Shown here one piece after another: positions 47,124-56,374 of a stretch of 64,000 nucleotides of DNA (its first letter is position 1; each line of letters begins with the position of its first letter). The notes under the pieces are model-generated. The model was not told the origin of the DNA, did not search any database, and saw only the letters and a program-made list of their open reading frames with translations. The position numbers and the translations under genes are program-made. Source of the DNA: a virus (lineage: Duplodnaviria; Heunggongvirae; Uroviricota; Caudoviricetes); the IMG/VR virus record IMGVR_UViG_3300024054_000549, one strand, 5' to 3'.

Positions 47124-47443
47124 TCAATGCAAATTCCATCTGCAGAATATGCTGTTAAGTAAATACCAGAACCTTCCGTAACATTAGCAAAGACGTTAAG
47201 GAATTTTTGTTGTTCTTCCTCGGTATCGAAAAAGAAAACATCAGAATTAACCAATCCAGAAAGAATGTCGTGGTATTCATTTGTTTTTGTTCCGTACATT
47301 TTTCGAGCTTCTTCGATTACAGAACTCCAAATTGTGTTTTCGGTATCAGAGGTGTAATGTAATTCGTTAGAAACGTATACAGCAGGTTTGTTAATCGATT
47401 TAACGGCGAGTTCGAACAATTTATTCAGTGACATCCTGTTCAT
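47120..47443 (-). CDS. hypothetical protein
   Basis: ORF after promoter copy. Confidence 0.35.
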   Translation of the reverse strand: MNRMSLNKLFELAVKSINKPAVYVSNELHYTSDTENTIWSSVIEEARKMYGTKTNEYHDILSGLVNSDVFFFDTEEEQQKFLNVFANVTEGSGIYLTAYSADGICID

Positions 47444-47478
47444 TTCATTTCCTTTTCAAGGGGTGTTTCGGTATTTAC

Positions 47479-47506
47479 ATTATAACACAATTAGTGAAAA
47501 TATAAA
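47479..47506 (-). promoter_or_regulatory. T4-early-type promoter copy (variant -35 GTTTATA)
   Basis: tacattataacacaattagtgaaaatataaacg. Confidence 0.5.
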
Positions 47507-47534
47507 CGCAAATTTGTATAAAATGTTTTAATAA

Positions 47535-47759
47535 TTAAATCCGGTAAAAAATTCCAAATGCGTACACAGCAAGAAGCCCAGAATTAACAACGATTAGACT
47601 TTTTTCTTTCATCTGTATTGCTGCCATTAACCAAGCCGCCGAACCAAAATTAAAAAGAAGAACGTTCAGCGGATCAATATTCAATGATGTAAAAATAGCT
47701 CCGCAGAGTGTAAAAAATGTACCTAACCATTTTAGTACTTGTACAGATAGTGTACCCAT
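47535..47759 (-). CDS. small membrane protein
   Basis: two TM helices. Confidence 0.35.
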   Translation of the reverse strand: MGTLSVQVLKWLGTFFTLCGAIFTSLNIDPLNVLLFNFGSAAWLMAAIQMKEKSLIVVNSGLLAVYAFGIFYRI

Positions 47760-47877
47760 TTAACTCATACGAATAGAAATATCATTGCAAGCATTACTGC
47801 AACTATCATTGGTCCAAGTAAACTTGCTTTTTCTGAGCAAGAACAATTCTTTCCTTGATTGCAATCTTCAGAACACA

Positions 47878-48372
47878 TCATGCTTCCCATATTTCGACAT
47901 TTTTCAACCACACAATGTACTCATCAATGTTATTAATGATCGCTGTTTCTTCATTGAACGAAACTTCGAATCCTGGTTCCCATTCATTCAAGAACCAAAA
48001 AATCGATTCAGCAAAATCACCAAAAACGTAATAAATTAGCATGTCTAAATCCATCAATGCTGAATTAACATAGCTGTTATCAAAAAATGCCGATTTAATA
48101 TCATTAGGAATTGCATCAATATATGCATCCCGTTCCTTGGATGATTTATACAGTTCACGAAACAGTTTTTCCTTAGTTAACATATTCATTTCTCCTTTAC
48201 AGCAATCCATTGAATTCATTTGCTCCTTAAGAGCTCGACCCCACGCAAGTGCAGCTTCTTCCGATTGGAAAACGCTGGATACGACAACCTCTCGGCCATC
48301 TTTATTATAATCGTGTACCCAGAACCATGAATAGTCTGGGTCATGATCATCTTTATATTTAATTAGATTCAT
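47878..48372 (-). CDS. hypothetical protein
   Basis: ORF. Confidence 0.35.
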   Translation of the reverse strand: MNLIKYKDDHDPDYSWFWVHDYNKDGREVVVSSVFQSEEAALAWGRALKEQMNSMDCCKGEMNMLTKEKLFRELYKSSKERDAYIDAIPNDIKSAFFDNSYVNSALMDLDMLIYYVFGDFAESIFWFLNEWEPGFEVSFNEETAIINNIDEYIVWLKNVEIWEA

Positions 48373-48784
48373 AGTATTTCAAAAATTGCTCCGTTAGTAA
48401 GGTTTCAAGTTCGTATGCTTCTATTTCCCACGGTAAATATTCGTAATCGTAATTATCATAATTAACTGATCCCCAAAAAGAACCAAATTTATTCATCTTT
48501 AGTTTATTCTGCGCCATCTGTTTAACATGAACCATTTCATGCATTAGAGTCTCAATCATTTTTTCCTTTGAAAGATCCCGATGAATAAAGATTTCATAAG
48601 ATTTAGCACCAATTTTTGAGCAAAAACCGTAATATTCAAAATCTGAATTTGCCATTTGAATCTGAATATCAAGATTTTTAAATCTTTTCATTTTTGAGTT
48701 AATGAACCAGTTTACAGAAGACTTGATGAGATTCTTTTTCTTCGAGTAACAACCATTCACAGAAATTGTATTTGTGCTTACCAC
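48359..48784 (-). CDS. SprT-like zinc metallopeptidase
   Basis: HEMVH zinc-binding motif (TLMHEMVHVKQ) with downstream E/H. Confidence 0.45.
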   Translation of the reverse strand: MVSTNTISVNGCYSKKKNLIKSSVNWFINSKMKRFKNLDIQIQMANSDFEYYGFCSKIGAKSYEIFIHRDLSKEKMIETLMHEMVHVKQMAQNKLKMNKFGSFWGSVNYDNYDYEYLPWEIEAYELETLLTEQFLKYYESN

Positions 48785-48975
48785 GATTCAGTGCCTATTA
48801 CCTGATTAGTTACTTTAACCTTTTCACCGTTTAGTACAGTTTCAAATTCAACATCTAAACAGTACCCTATACCCGATTCGTTATGCTGTAGAAGTGTAAA
48901 TGAGTCGATTCCGAATACATCTAATTTTTTCAGAATTTCGACTAAATCGTCCCGTTTTAGTGAAATTTTAATCAT
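48778..48975 (-). CDS. hypothetical protein
   Basis: ORF. Confidence 0.3.
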   Translation of the reverse strand: MIKISLKRDDLVEILKKLDVFGIDSFTLLQHNESGIGYCLDVEFETVLNGEKVKVTNQVIGTESW

Positions 48976-49322
48976 TTAGATTTCCTTGGTAGTTCTAATC
49001 CAAAATGAGCCTTGATGAGATCAGCAGAATCCATAACGCCATGCTCCCACCCTGAGAAAAATTCACTATTTTGATCGACATCATTATTCTCATTATCTAG
49101 AATAACTTTGCATATTTCTCTGATAAGATATTCTGAGAATGCTATTTTTTCAGCATGATTCCATTGCGGATTAGGTGATTTGTATTCCTGAATAATGTCT
49201 GCAATTCTGGAATTTGTATATGTTCTCATTGTCATGGTATTAACCTTCGGTAGTATCAAGTTCAATGCCGTACGCTTCACGGAGAACACTAACGGAATCA
49301 AGAACTCCCCGCATCCACGCAT
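48972..49322 (-). CDS. hypothetical protein
   Basis: ORF. Confidence 0.35.
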   Translation of the reverse strand: MRGCGEFLIPLVFSVKRTALNLILPKVNTMTMRTYTNSRIADIIQEYKSPNPQWNHAEKIAFSEYLIREICKVILDNENNDVDQNSEFFSGWEHGVMDSADLIKAHFGLELPRKSK

Positions 49323-49506
49323 AGTGATGATGATCGCCGACTTCCCAACCTTCGAGTTTCATGAAGACTTCGTCGTCTGAGTTCAGCACGAGGTTAATAC
49401 AGTCCTCGGCTACAAGTTTTGCGAACTTAACTGTATCCAAACAGTTCCGTTGACTATCCCAGCACTCTCGCTCGAATCGCTTAATCTTGGTATTCATTTC
49501 GTTCAT
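49240..49506 (-). CDS. hypothetical protein
   Basis: ORF after promoter copy. Confidence 0.3.
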   Translation of the reverse strand: MNEMNTKIKRFERECWDSQRNCLDTVKFAKLVAEDCINLVLNSDDEVFMKLEGWEVGDHHHYAWMRGVLDSVSVLREAYGIELDTTEG

Positions 49507-49551
49507 TTCATTTTTCTTCAGGATATTTACAACAACTGTTTTAGTACTGTT

Positions 49552-49579
49552 ATTATAACACCATTTTTTGAAATGTAAA
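49552..49579 (-). promoter_or_regulatory. T4-early-type promoter copy
   Basis: tgttattataacaccattttttgaaatgtaaacaa. Confidence 0.55.
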
Positions 49580-49724
49580 CAAAAATTTTCAATATAAGCT
49601 GTTGTTAAATATTTGAGTCGTTATGTAATGTTCGACCTTCTGTGTCCTTACATTATGTTTCAAAAATTCACCAGACATTCTAATTTCCTTTTACGCAAAA
49701 TCAAAATTGTAAAAGTTAAGCATC

Positions 49725-50462
49725 TTATAATTTTACTTTGAAGTATTGTTCATACTCCTGTTTCCAGCGAGGATCACTTGCAATCGCTTTTTCTCCAGGT
49801 GGCCATGGGTTTTTGATAACATTGCGAGCATACTGATAAGCATAACATGCACTACTTGCAATCGCTTCTTCACCAGGTTCCCATGGACCATTGATGACAT
49901 GGTAAGCATACATATATGCATAATATGAATTACTTATAATCGCTTCCTCACCAGGTGGCCACACTCCGTTAACAACCTCACGAGCATATGTATACGCATA
50001 ATATGGCTTTCTTGCAATCACTTTTTCGCCAGGTTCCCACGGACCTTTGATTACGCGATGAGCATACATATATGCATATTTCGGATCGCTAGCTATTGCT
50101 TTTTCACCAGGTTCCCACGGACCTTTGATGACATGACAAGCATACATATACGCATATTCTGTGTTATTTGCAATAGCACTTTCTCCACGAGCCCATGGTC
50201 CTTTGGTAACATAATAAGCATACCAATATGCACATTTTGGATTACTAGCAATTGCTTCTTCACCTAGTGACCATGGTTTTCGAAGAACTTCATGGGAATA
50301 TTTAAATGCATATTCTGGATTACTTGCCCACAAATGTTCTAGTTCTTGTTTCTTCTCATTTGTATTTGCCACTTCCCAAGCAATCTCTGGCACTTTCAGG
50401 TGTGCATCTTTATATCCAAATAATGCATTTGGATCAGAATACAATTTGTAAAAGTTAAGCAT
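49725..50462 (-). CDS. 26-aa tandem-repeat family protein (7 repeats)
   Basis: MLNFYKLYSDPNALFGYKDAHLKVPEIAWEVANTNEKKQELEHLW + 7 repeats + DPRWKQEYEQYFKVKL. Confidence 0.75.
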   Translation of the reverse strand: MLNFYKLYSDPNALFGYKDAHLKVPEIAWEVANTNEKKQELEHLWASNPEYAFKYSHEVLRKPWSLGEEAIASNPKCAYWYAYYVTKGPWARGESAIANNTEYAYMYACHVIKGPWEPGEKAIASDPKYAYMYAHRVIKGPWEPGEKVIARKPYYAYTYAREVVNGVWPPGEEAIISNSYYAYMYAYHVINGPWEPGEEAIASSACYAYQYARNVIKNPWPPGEKAIASDPRWKQEYEQYFKVKL

Positions 50463-51045
50463 TTTGTAATTTTACATTAAAAGTTTTTTCATAATGCTGT
50501 TTCCAATATGGATCACTTGCAATCGCCTTCTCGCCTAGTGGCCATGAATTTTCGATAACATAATAAGCATATCTGTACGCACATTCTGAGTTACCTGCAA
50601 TCGCTTTCTCGCCCAATGGCCACGGTTTTTGAAGAACATAATGAGCATACCAATATGCATATCCCGGATTACTAGATATCGCTTTTTCACCAGATGGCCA
50701 CGGTTTTTTGATCACATCACGAGCATATAAAAATGCATATTTTGGATTATTAGCAAGCACTTTTTCTCCAAGCGGCCATTTACCTCCAACAATACCATAG
50801 GCGTACTCATAAGCATATTCTGTATTACTTGCAATCGCCATCTCTCCGGGCAACCACGGTTTTTTGATTACATAACAAGCATATAAAAACGCATGTTTTG
50901 GACTACTTACCCACAAATGTTCTAGTTCTTGTTTTTTCTCATTTGTATCTGCCACTTCCCATGCAACACTCGGTACTTTCAGGTGTGCATCTTTATATCC
51001 AAATAATTGATTTGGATCTGAATGCAATTTGTAAAAGTTAAGCAT
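50455..51045 (-). CDS. 26-aa tandem-repeat family protein (5 repeats)
   Basis: same architecture; start overlaps previous stop (AATGCTTAA). Confidence 0.75.
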   Translation of the reverse strand: MLNFYKLHSDPNQLFGYKDAHLKVPSVAWEVADTNEKKQELEHLWVSSPKHAFLYACYVIKKPWLPGEMAIASNTEYAYEYAYGIVGGKWPLGEKVLANNPKYAFLYARDVIKKPWPSGEKAISSNPGYAYWYAHYVLQKPWPLGEKAIAGNSECAYRYAYYVIENSWPLGEKAIASDPYWKQHYEKTFNVKLQNA

Positions 51046-51046
51046 T

Positions 51047-51550
51047 TTATAATTTTACTTTGAAGTGTTCTTCATAATACTGTTTCCACTCAGGATTATC
51101 AGCAATCGCTTTTTCCCCGGGTTCCCACGGGTTTTTAATTATCCTAAATGCATACCAAAAAGCATGGTATGAGCTTCTTGCAATCACCTTCTCACCAGGT
51201 TCCCATGGATTTTTGATAACATCACGGGCATACATATACGCATATGCCGAATCACTTGCAATCGCTTTTTCTCCAGGTTCCCATGGGTTTTTGATTACCT
51301 CACGGGCATACCAATATGCATATTTCGGATCACTTGAAATTACCTTCTCGCCCAATAACCATGGTTTTTTGATTACATCACAAGCATACCAATATGCATA
51401 TTCTAGATAACGTGCCCACAAATGTTCTAGTTCTTGTTTTTTCTCATTTGTATCTGCCACTTCCCAAGCAATCTCTGGTATTTTTAGATGTGCATCTTTG
51501 TATCCATTTAATTGATTTGGATCAGAATGTAATTTATAAAAGTTAAGCAT
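51047..51550 (-). CDS. 26-aa tandem-repeat family protein (4 repeats)
   Basis: same architecture. Confidence 0.75.
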   Translation of the reverse strand: MLNFYKLHSDPNQLNGYKDAHLKIPEIAWEVADTNEKKQELEHLWARYLEYAYWYACDVIKKPWLLGEKVISSDPKYAYWYAREVIKNPWEPGEKAIASDSAYAYMYARDVIKNPWEPGEKVIARSSYHAFWYAFRIIKNPWEPGEKAIADNPEWKQYYEEHFKVKL

Positions 51551-51977
51551 TTGAAAAATTCAATTTAAAGTGATTTTCATACTCCTGTTTCCAATCTGGA
51601 TCGCTTGCTATCGCTTTTTCACCAGATGGCCATGGTTTTCGAAGAACATAACAAGCATACATATATGCATATGCTGGATCACTAGATATTGCTTTTTCAC
51701 CAGGTTCCCATGGTTTTTTGATAACATAATAAGCATATTCATATGCATATCTTGGGTCACTTGTTATAACCTTCTCACCAGGTGACCATTTACCCCTAAC
51801 GATATCATAGGCATACTCATATGCATATCTTGGATCATGTATCCACAAATGTTCTAGTTCTTGTTTCTTTTCATTTGTGTCTGCCACTTCCCAAGCAATC
51901 TCTGGTATTTTTAGATGTGCATCTTTGTATCCATTTAATTGATTTGGATCAGAATGTAATTTATAAAAGTTAAGCAT
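51543..51977 (-). CDS. 26-aa tandem-repeat family protein (3 repeats)
   Basis: same architecture. Confidence 0.75.
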   Translation of the reverse strand: MLNFYKLHSDPNQLNGYKDAHLKIPEIAWEVADTNEKKQELEHLWIHDPRYAYEYAYDIVRGKWSPGEKVITSDPRYAYEYAYYVIKKPWEPGEKAISSDPAYAYMYACYVLRKPWPSGEKAIASDPDWKQEYENHFKLNFSNA

Positions 51978-52533
51978 TTGGTAATTTTACTTTGAAGTGT
52001 CGTTCATATTGCTGTTTCCAATATGAATCACTAGCAATCACCTTCTCACCGGGTTCCCATGGTCCTTTAATGACATCACGAGCATATCCATATGCAGATT
52101 CTGCATCACTCGCAATAGCTTTTTCACCTGGTTCCCATCGTCCTTTAACAATGTCTTGGGCATACATATATGCATAAAGTGGATCAGTTAAAATTGCATT
52201 CTCACCAGGTGACCATGGCTTTTTAATAATAAGGAGTGCATATGTATATGCAAATTGCGGAACACTTGCAATTGCTTCTTCCCCGGGTTCCCACCTTCCA
52301 TTGATAACATCAGTTGAATACCAACAAGCATACTCTGGGCTACTTGCAATAGCCTTTTCTCCAAGGGGCCAGGGCTTATTGAGTATAATATGTGCATATT
52401 CATATGCATACTTTGGACTTGCTGCCCATACATGCTCTAGTTCACGTTTTTTCTTTTTTGTGTTTGCATTTTTCCCGGTAACACTCGGTACTTCATTACA
52501 CAATGAAGAGTTAACCTCTTGAGTACTTGTCAT
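51970..52533 (-). CDS. 26-aa tandem-repeat family protein (5 repeats, divergent N-terminus)
   Basis: ..KKKKRELEHVW + repeats + DSYWKQQYERHFKVKLPNA; first gene after promoter copy. Confidence 0.7.
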   Translation of the reverse strand: MTSTQEVNSSLCNEVPSVTGKNANTKKKKRELEHVWAASPKYAYEYAHIILNKPWPLGEKAIASSPEYACWYSTDVINGRWEPGEEAIASVPQFAYTYALLIIKKPWSPGENAILTDPLYAYMYAQDIVKGRWEPGEKAIASDAESAYGYARDVIKGPWEPGEKVIASDSYWKQQYERHFKVKLPNA

Positions 52534-52568
52534 TCCATTTCCTTTACAAGTTGTGTTTCAAGGTTTGT

Positions 52569-52596
52569 ATTATAACACAGTTAGAGAAAATGTAAA
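52569..52596 (-). promoter_or_regulatory. T4-early-type promoter copy
   Basis: gtattataacacagttagagaaaatgtaaacaa. Confidence 0.55.
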
Positions 52597-52822
52597 CAAA
52601 AATCTGTATCTAAGAATTCTTCAAAATTTCACTGATCATGAAAAGTACAGATATCCATGTTCCAATAGTAACCAAGAAGTACCTGATAATTTTTTCCATA
52701 ATTAATTAAAGATTTTGGTCATCAGTACTGCTAAAACTGTTATCAAATATGATGCCGTGAAAAAACAAGAAAAGATAATAAGCAATGAAATTACAGAATT
52801 TTTGAAATTGCGTGTGAACATA

Positions 52823-53212
52823 TTAAGAGAACTCATTAACAGTGAAGAAATATCCATCCTTATCTTCCCACTCTTCCGCAGGATTGGGATCGTAAGCATA
52901 CTTTCTAGTGTCCTTGATATGACTCAAATTTTGTTTTCCTGTGTGGTGATTAACAAAGTTTGATGATCCGTTTGTTTCAATCATGTGTACGAACCAATCA
53001 TAAGGGACTTCAATTCCATCTTCGTCAACAATCATTTTATCTTTTAGGAACTCTTTCCAACTTTCCCAAGAGGTAATCCTCATCCATGTATATCCGCGAA
53101 AAGCAAACGCCCACCCATAACTAAGTTTTCCAATATGATACTCTTTGTCATAACGCTTACAGCATTCGCAGAAATTTTTAGAAACATAGTAATTCGTACC
53201 CATAATTGTCAC
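52823..53212 (-). CDS. hypothetical protein
   Basis: ORF after promoter-like element. Confidence 0.35.
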   Translation of the reverse strand: MTIMGTNYYVSKNFCECCKRYDKEYHIGKLSYGWAFAFRGYTWMRITSWESWKEFLKDKMIVDEDGIEVPYDWFVHMIETNGSSNFVNHHTGKQNLSHIKDTRKYAYDPNPAEEWEDKDGYFFTVNEFS

Positions 53213-53230
53213 CTTAGTAAATTAAAAATT

Positions 53231-53260
53231 ATTATAATACAATTCTTTATAAATTGTTAA
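53231..53260 (-). promoter_or_regulatory. sigma70-like promoter (TATAAT with TTAACA -35)
   Basis: attataatacaattctttataaattgttaa. Confidence 0.4.
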
Positions 53261-54086
53261 GCACAATATCAATTTTATCTGCACTTAATGTAAAACCTGC
53301 TGCATTCTTATGTCCGCCTCCACCGTAGATAGCTGCTATTTTTGCAACATCGTAATCACCATTGGAGCGCAGTGAGCATTTAATGGTTCTATCTTTGTCT
53401 AAATACCAAATAAGACCAAACGTGCCGGACTGATTTGCTAGTTCATGACCAACTTCTGAAATATTGGTATCAGTGTTTACTGCAAGTCCGACTTGGTCTG
53501 AAATAGTTATCGGATACGACTTCTTCGCTGTTGCTGTTACTTCCGCGTTCTGTGCCCTTAGGATTGCTGCACCTTCTGTAATAAACTGGCTGTATATATC
53601 ATGGTTTGTGTAATTATCCCACGCTCCAAATGTCCAGGGGCGGTGCGACCATAATGCAGCGGACACTTCTTTCGTTCCGCACATCTTGAACTGCCAGCGA
53701 TCCCTGTCATCGATGTGCTTAATTAGCAATGGGGCGTCTTTACCCGGATGAAAATACTCCCACGCGAGTATAGCTCCAGACTTGGTATCTGAATGGTTTA
53801 TATGGGCATTAGGGTAACTATTAACTAACTGTAACGCAGTTTCTTTACTTGTGGCATGATGATCTAACCATATCACTTTTTCTGCTTTGTCGCAAATATC
53901 TTCCATTATATTCAATGGAAAGCTGAAATCAAGAATGTAAACATTCCGGCCTTCTACTTGTACCTCTAACTTATCGGTATAATTCATCGGCAGATATTCC
54001 GCTAAATAGCTCATATTTAGCCATGCTGCGTATGCAGCACCAAAGCCATCTGCACAATCCTTATGGTATATTACTAGATCTTTCAT
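53247..54086 (-). CDS. DHH/DHHA1 phosphoesterase (NrnA-like)
   Basis: HKDCADGFGAA, LDHH, GGGGHKNAAGF (DHHA1 GGGH motif). Confidence 0.75.
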   Translation of the reverse strand: MKDLVIYHKDCADGFGAAYAAWLNMSYLAEYLPMNYTDKLEVQVEGRNVYILDFSFPLNIMEDICDKAEKVIWLDHHATSKETALQLVNSYPNAHINHSDTKSGAILAWEYFHPGKDAPLLIKHIDDRDRWQFKMCGTKEVSAALWSHRPWTFGAWDNYTNHDIYSQFITEGAAILRAQNAEVTATAKKSYPITISDQVGLAVNTDTNISEVGHELANQSGTFGLIWYLDKDRTIKCSLRSNGDYDVAKIAAIYGGGGHKNAAGFTLSADKIDIVLNNL

Positions 54087-54218
54087 TTAATTTCTCCTTG
54101 CGCTGTTTATGCTCAAGAAATTCATTGACCAGCTTTTCATGCTGATCTTTACTGCAATACAGGTTCCATTCTGTAATATTATTATCACCGTTTTTAAAGA
54201 AACTGATGATTGTATGGG

Positions 54219-54407
54219 TCACTTTGTCTCTTGTAATCCTTTCAATAGAAAAAACAGATACGGCATCGAAATCAAAAACAAAAGTACTTTTTTAGGATTT
54301 TTCAGTTCCTCAACTATCGCTTGTAATTCCTTAACTCGTGATTGAAGCATATCAATTTCCCAACTTTTTTCTTTAAGCAACTCAGCGGTCTTGTTAAATC
54401 CAAACAT
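54219..54407 (-). CDS. small coiled-coil protein (copy A of duplicated cassette)
   Basis: paralogous to 55404..55574 (MF..K..ELLKEK...). Confidence 0.4.
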   Translation of the reverse strand: MFGFNKTAELLKEKSWEIDMLQSRVKELQAIVEELKNPKKVLLFLISMPYLFFLLKGLQETK

Positions 54408-54421
54408 TTTATTTCTCCTTG

Positions 54422-54685
54422 TTAAACAGATACTTCTTCGTATGTCTCTTTAAAAATATCGGGTTTGCATGGGTAGATTTCGCCTTTAACACCTTGAATA
54501 ATGAAATCTCCTATACTTGCTCGATAAGTCCCCTCTAATGTGTCTATTCTTAGTTTATTATCAACAAAATAGACGACATTATTTTGCATGGCTTCTAAGA
54601 ACCAACTTGGTGCTGAGTATCTATTAATAGTACCGAACCACTGAAAGGCCTCAATGGCTACAGGTTTTTTACGGTAATACGACAT
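54422..54685 (-). CDS. hypothetical protein
   Basis: ORF. Confidence 0.35.
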   Translation of the reverse strand: MSYYRKKPVAIEAFQWFGTINRYSAPSWFLEAMQNNVVYFVDNKLRIDTLEGTYRASIGDFIIQGVKGEIYPCKPDIFKETYEEVSV

Positions 54686-54687
54686 TT

Positions 54688-54996
54688 CTATTTCTCCTCC
54701 ATTTTCATAATCTTCATCGCAAGTGCTTGCAGTGCTACATGGTCTGTTCCGTGATGTGCCCCAGTAGCGTATCGGTCAAGCAATGCTCGATCATCATCAG
54801 TGACTCCATTTACGTCTTTTGTAACTCTCAATGCATTGCCAAAATAACCATCTCCCATCGCAGTTCTCTCAAGTTCCCAGATAATACGTTGTGCTTCAAA
54901 GATTTGTTTTTCATGATTCACATTATGTTCTGTTATGTCAAATTTCACTTGCACACCCCTTCCAGTTGTAAGCAGTCCACCCAGCTTGCCCGTCAA
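54688..54996 (-). CDS. hypothetical protein (GC-enriched)
   Basis: ORF. Confidence 0.35.
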   Translation of the reverse strand: MTGKLGGLLTTGRGVQVKFDITEHNVNHEKQIFEAQRIIWELERTAMGDGYFGNALRVTKDVNGVTDDDRALLDRYATGAHHGTDHVALQALAMKIMKMEEK

Positions 54997-55268
54997 TCTG
55001 ATTCCACAGTTTCGTTATGGCGCAGTACTTGTCCTGCTAACGCTGTTCTTTTTCTTTGGATTGATAAACCTTGTTTCCACTTAGTAACATTTTTCTGCCA
55101 TTCCGGGCCTAGATTATCTGGGCCTTGGACAAGCATTCCGCCAAAAATATCTTCCTTGAACAGATTCTCAGTATGCCAATCATCGGCTTGTTCTCTGGTA
55201 TCAAACGGACCGGCAATAGTCATTAAAACTAAGTCTGATCTCCTGTGTGCGCTTACATACCACTTCAT
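54993..55268 (-). CDS. hypothetical protein
   Basis: start taken at MKWYVSAHRR after RBS GGAAAGAAAAATAAA; the track ORF extends into the duplicated segment. Confidence 0.35.
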   Translation of the reverse strand: MKWYVSAHRRSDLVLMTIAGPFDTREQADDWHTENLFKEDIFGGMLVQGPDNLGPEWQKNVTKWKQGLSIQRKRTALAGQVLRHNETVESD

Positions 55269-55403
55269 TTTATTTTTCTTTCCGCTGTTTATGCTCAAAG
55301 TATTCCTTAACCAGCTTTTCATGTTGTTCTGCGCTGCAATACAAGCGCCATTCTGCAATACTAACACCATCGTTTTTAAAGAAGCCAATGACTGTACAGA
55401 CTA

Positions 55404-55574
55404 TTCCATCCTTGCTAATCCGTTCGATAGAAAAACAGGTACAGCATCGAAATTAAAAACAAAAGTACATTCCTGAGCCTTGATATTACTTTCTAGTTCA
55501 TCAATCTTCGCACGCATCGCTCTAATTTGCTCGTCTTTTTCTTCTAGTAATTTAGTGGGTTTAGATTCGAACAT
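55404..55574 (-). CDS. small coiled-coil protein (copy B of duplicated cassette)
   Basis: hand translation MFESKPTKLLEEKDEQIRAMRAKIDELESNIKAQECTFVFNFDAVPVFLSNGLARME. Confidence 0.35.
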
Positions 55575-55598
55575 TTCATTTCTCCTTATTCCAGTTGA

Positions 55599-55877
55599 TT
55601 ACATCGCGTACACTACTACGCTCTTAGCCTTGTTTAGTGCTTCAGTAACTGCTTTGATATGTGCATACTTTCCCTGCTGGTACGCTTTAATTTCTTGCCC
55701 AAACGACATACCACGAACATATTCAAGGTAACAATTAACTGCTCGAATTGCTTTGTTACTAGTTACTTCACTATTAATTCCGCTGGCACCCATTAAACAC
55801 ATATAAGTGATGTAAGTAGGAGTTTGATAAACTTCTTGATCCACACCATCAAACTCAATATGCAAGTTCATACTCAT
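55599..55877 (-). CDS. hypothetical protein
   Basis: ORF after promoter copy. Confidence 0.35.
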   Translation of the reverse strand: MSMNLHIEFDGVDQEVYQTPTYITYMCLMGASGINSEVTSNKAIRAVNCYLEYVRGMSFGQEIKAYQQGKYAHIKAVTEALNKAKSVVVYAM

Positions 55878-55922
55878 GACATCTTCCTTTACAACGTTTT
55901 CAATAACTGTTTCAGTACCGTT

Positions 55923-55950
55923 ATTATAACATCATTTTTGAAAATGTAAA
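55923..55950 (-). promoter_or_regulatory. T4-early-type promoter copy
   Basis: cgttattataacatcatttttgaaaatgtaaacaa. Confidence 0.55.
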
Positions 55951-56015
55951 CAAAATTTTGCATATTTTTGATATTTGATTTCAGATAGTATCTTGATTAA
56001 TGTAACCCGTAAAGA

Positions 56016-56373
56016 TTAAACATCTGGTAGTTTTACATTAAATATTTTTTCATAATGCTGTTTCCAATATGGTCTACTTGCAATCGCTTTTTCTCCAAGT
56101 TCCCATGGATGTTTTGATTACAAAACGAGCATACAAAAACGCATACATAGATTCACGGGCTATCGCCTCCTCACCTGGTTCCCATGGTTCCCGAAGAACT
56201 TCATAGGCATATTTAAACGCATATTCTGCATCACTTGCCCACAAATGTTCTAGTTTTTGTTTCTTCTTATTTGTATTTGCTACTTTCCAAGCAATACTAG
56301 GTACTTTCAAGTGTGCATCTTTGTATCCAAACAATTCATTTGGATTGGTATGTAATTTGTAGAAGTTAAGCAT
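56016..56373 (-). pseudogene. 26-aa tandem-repeat family member with internal frameshift
   Basis: in-frame ORF stops after 99 aa (..RFVIKTSMGTWRKSDCK); other frame continues ..RFVIKHPWELGEKAIASRPYWKQHYEKIFNVKL. Confidence 0.55.
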
Positions 56374-56374
56374 T

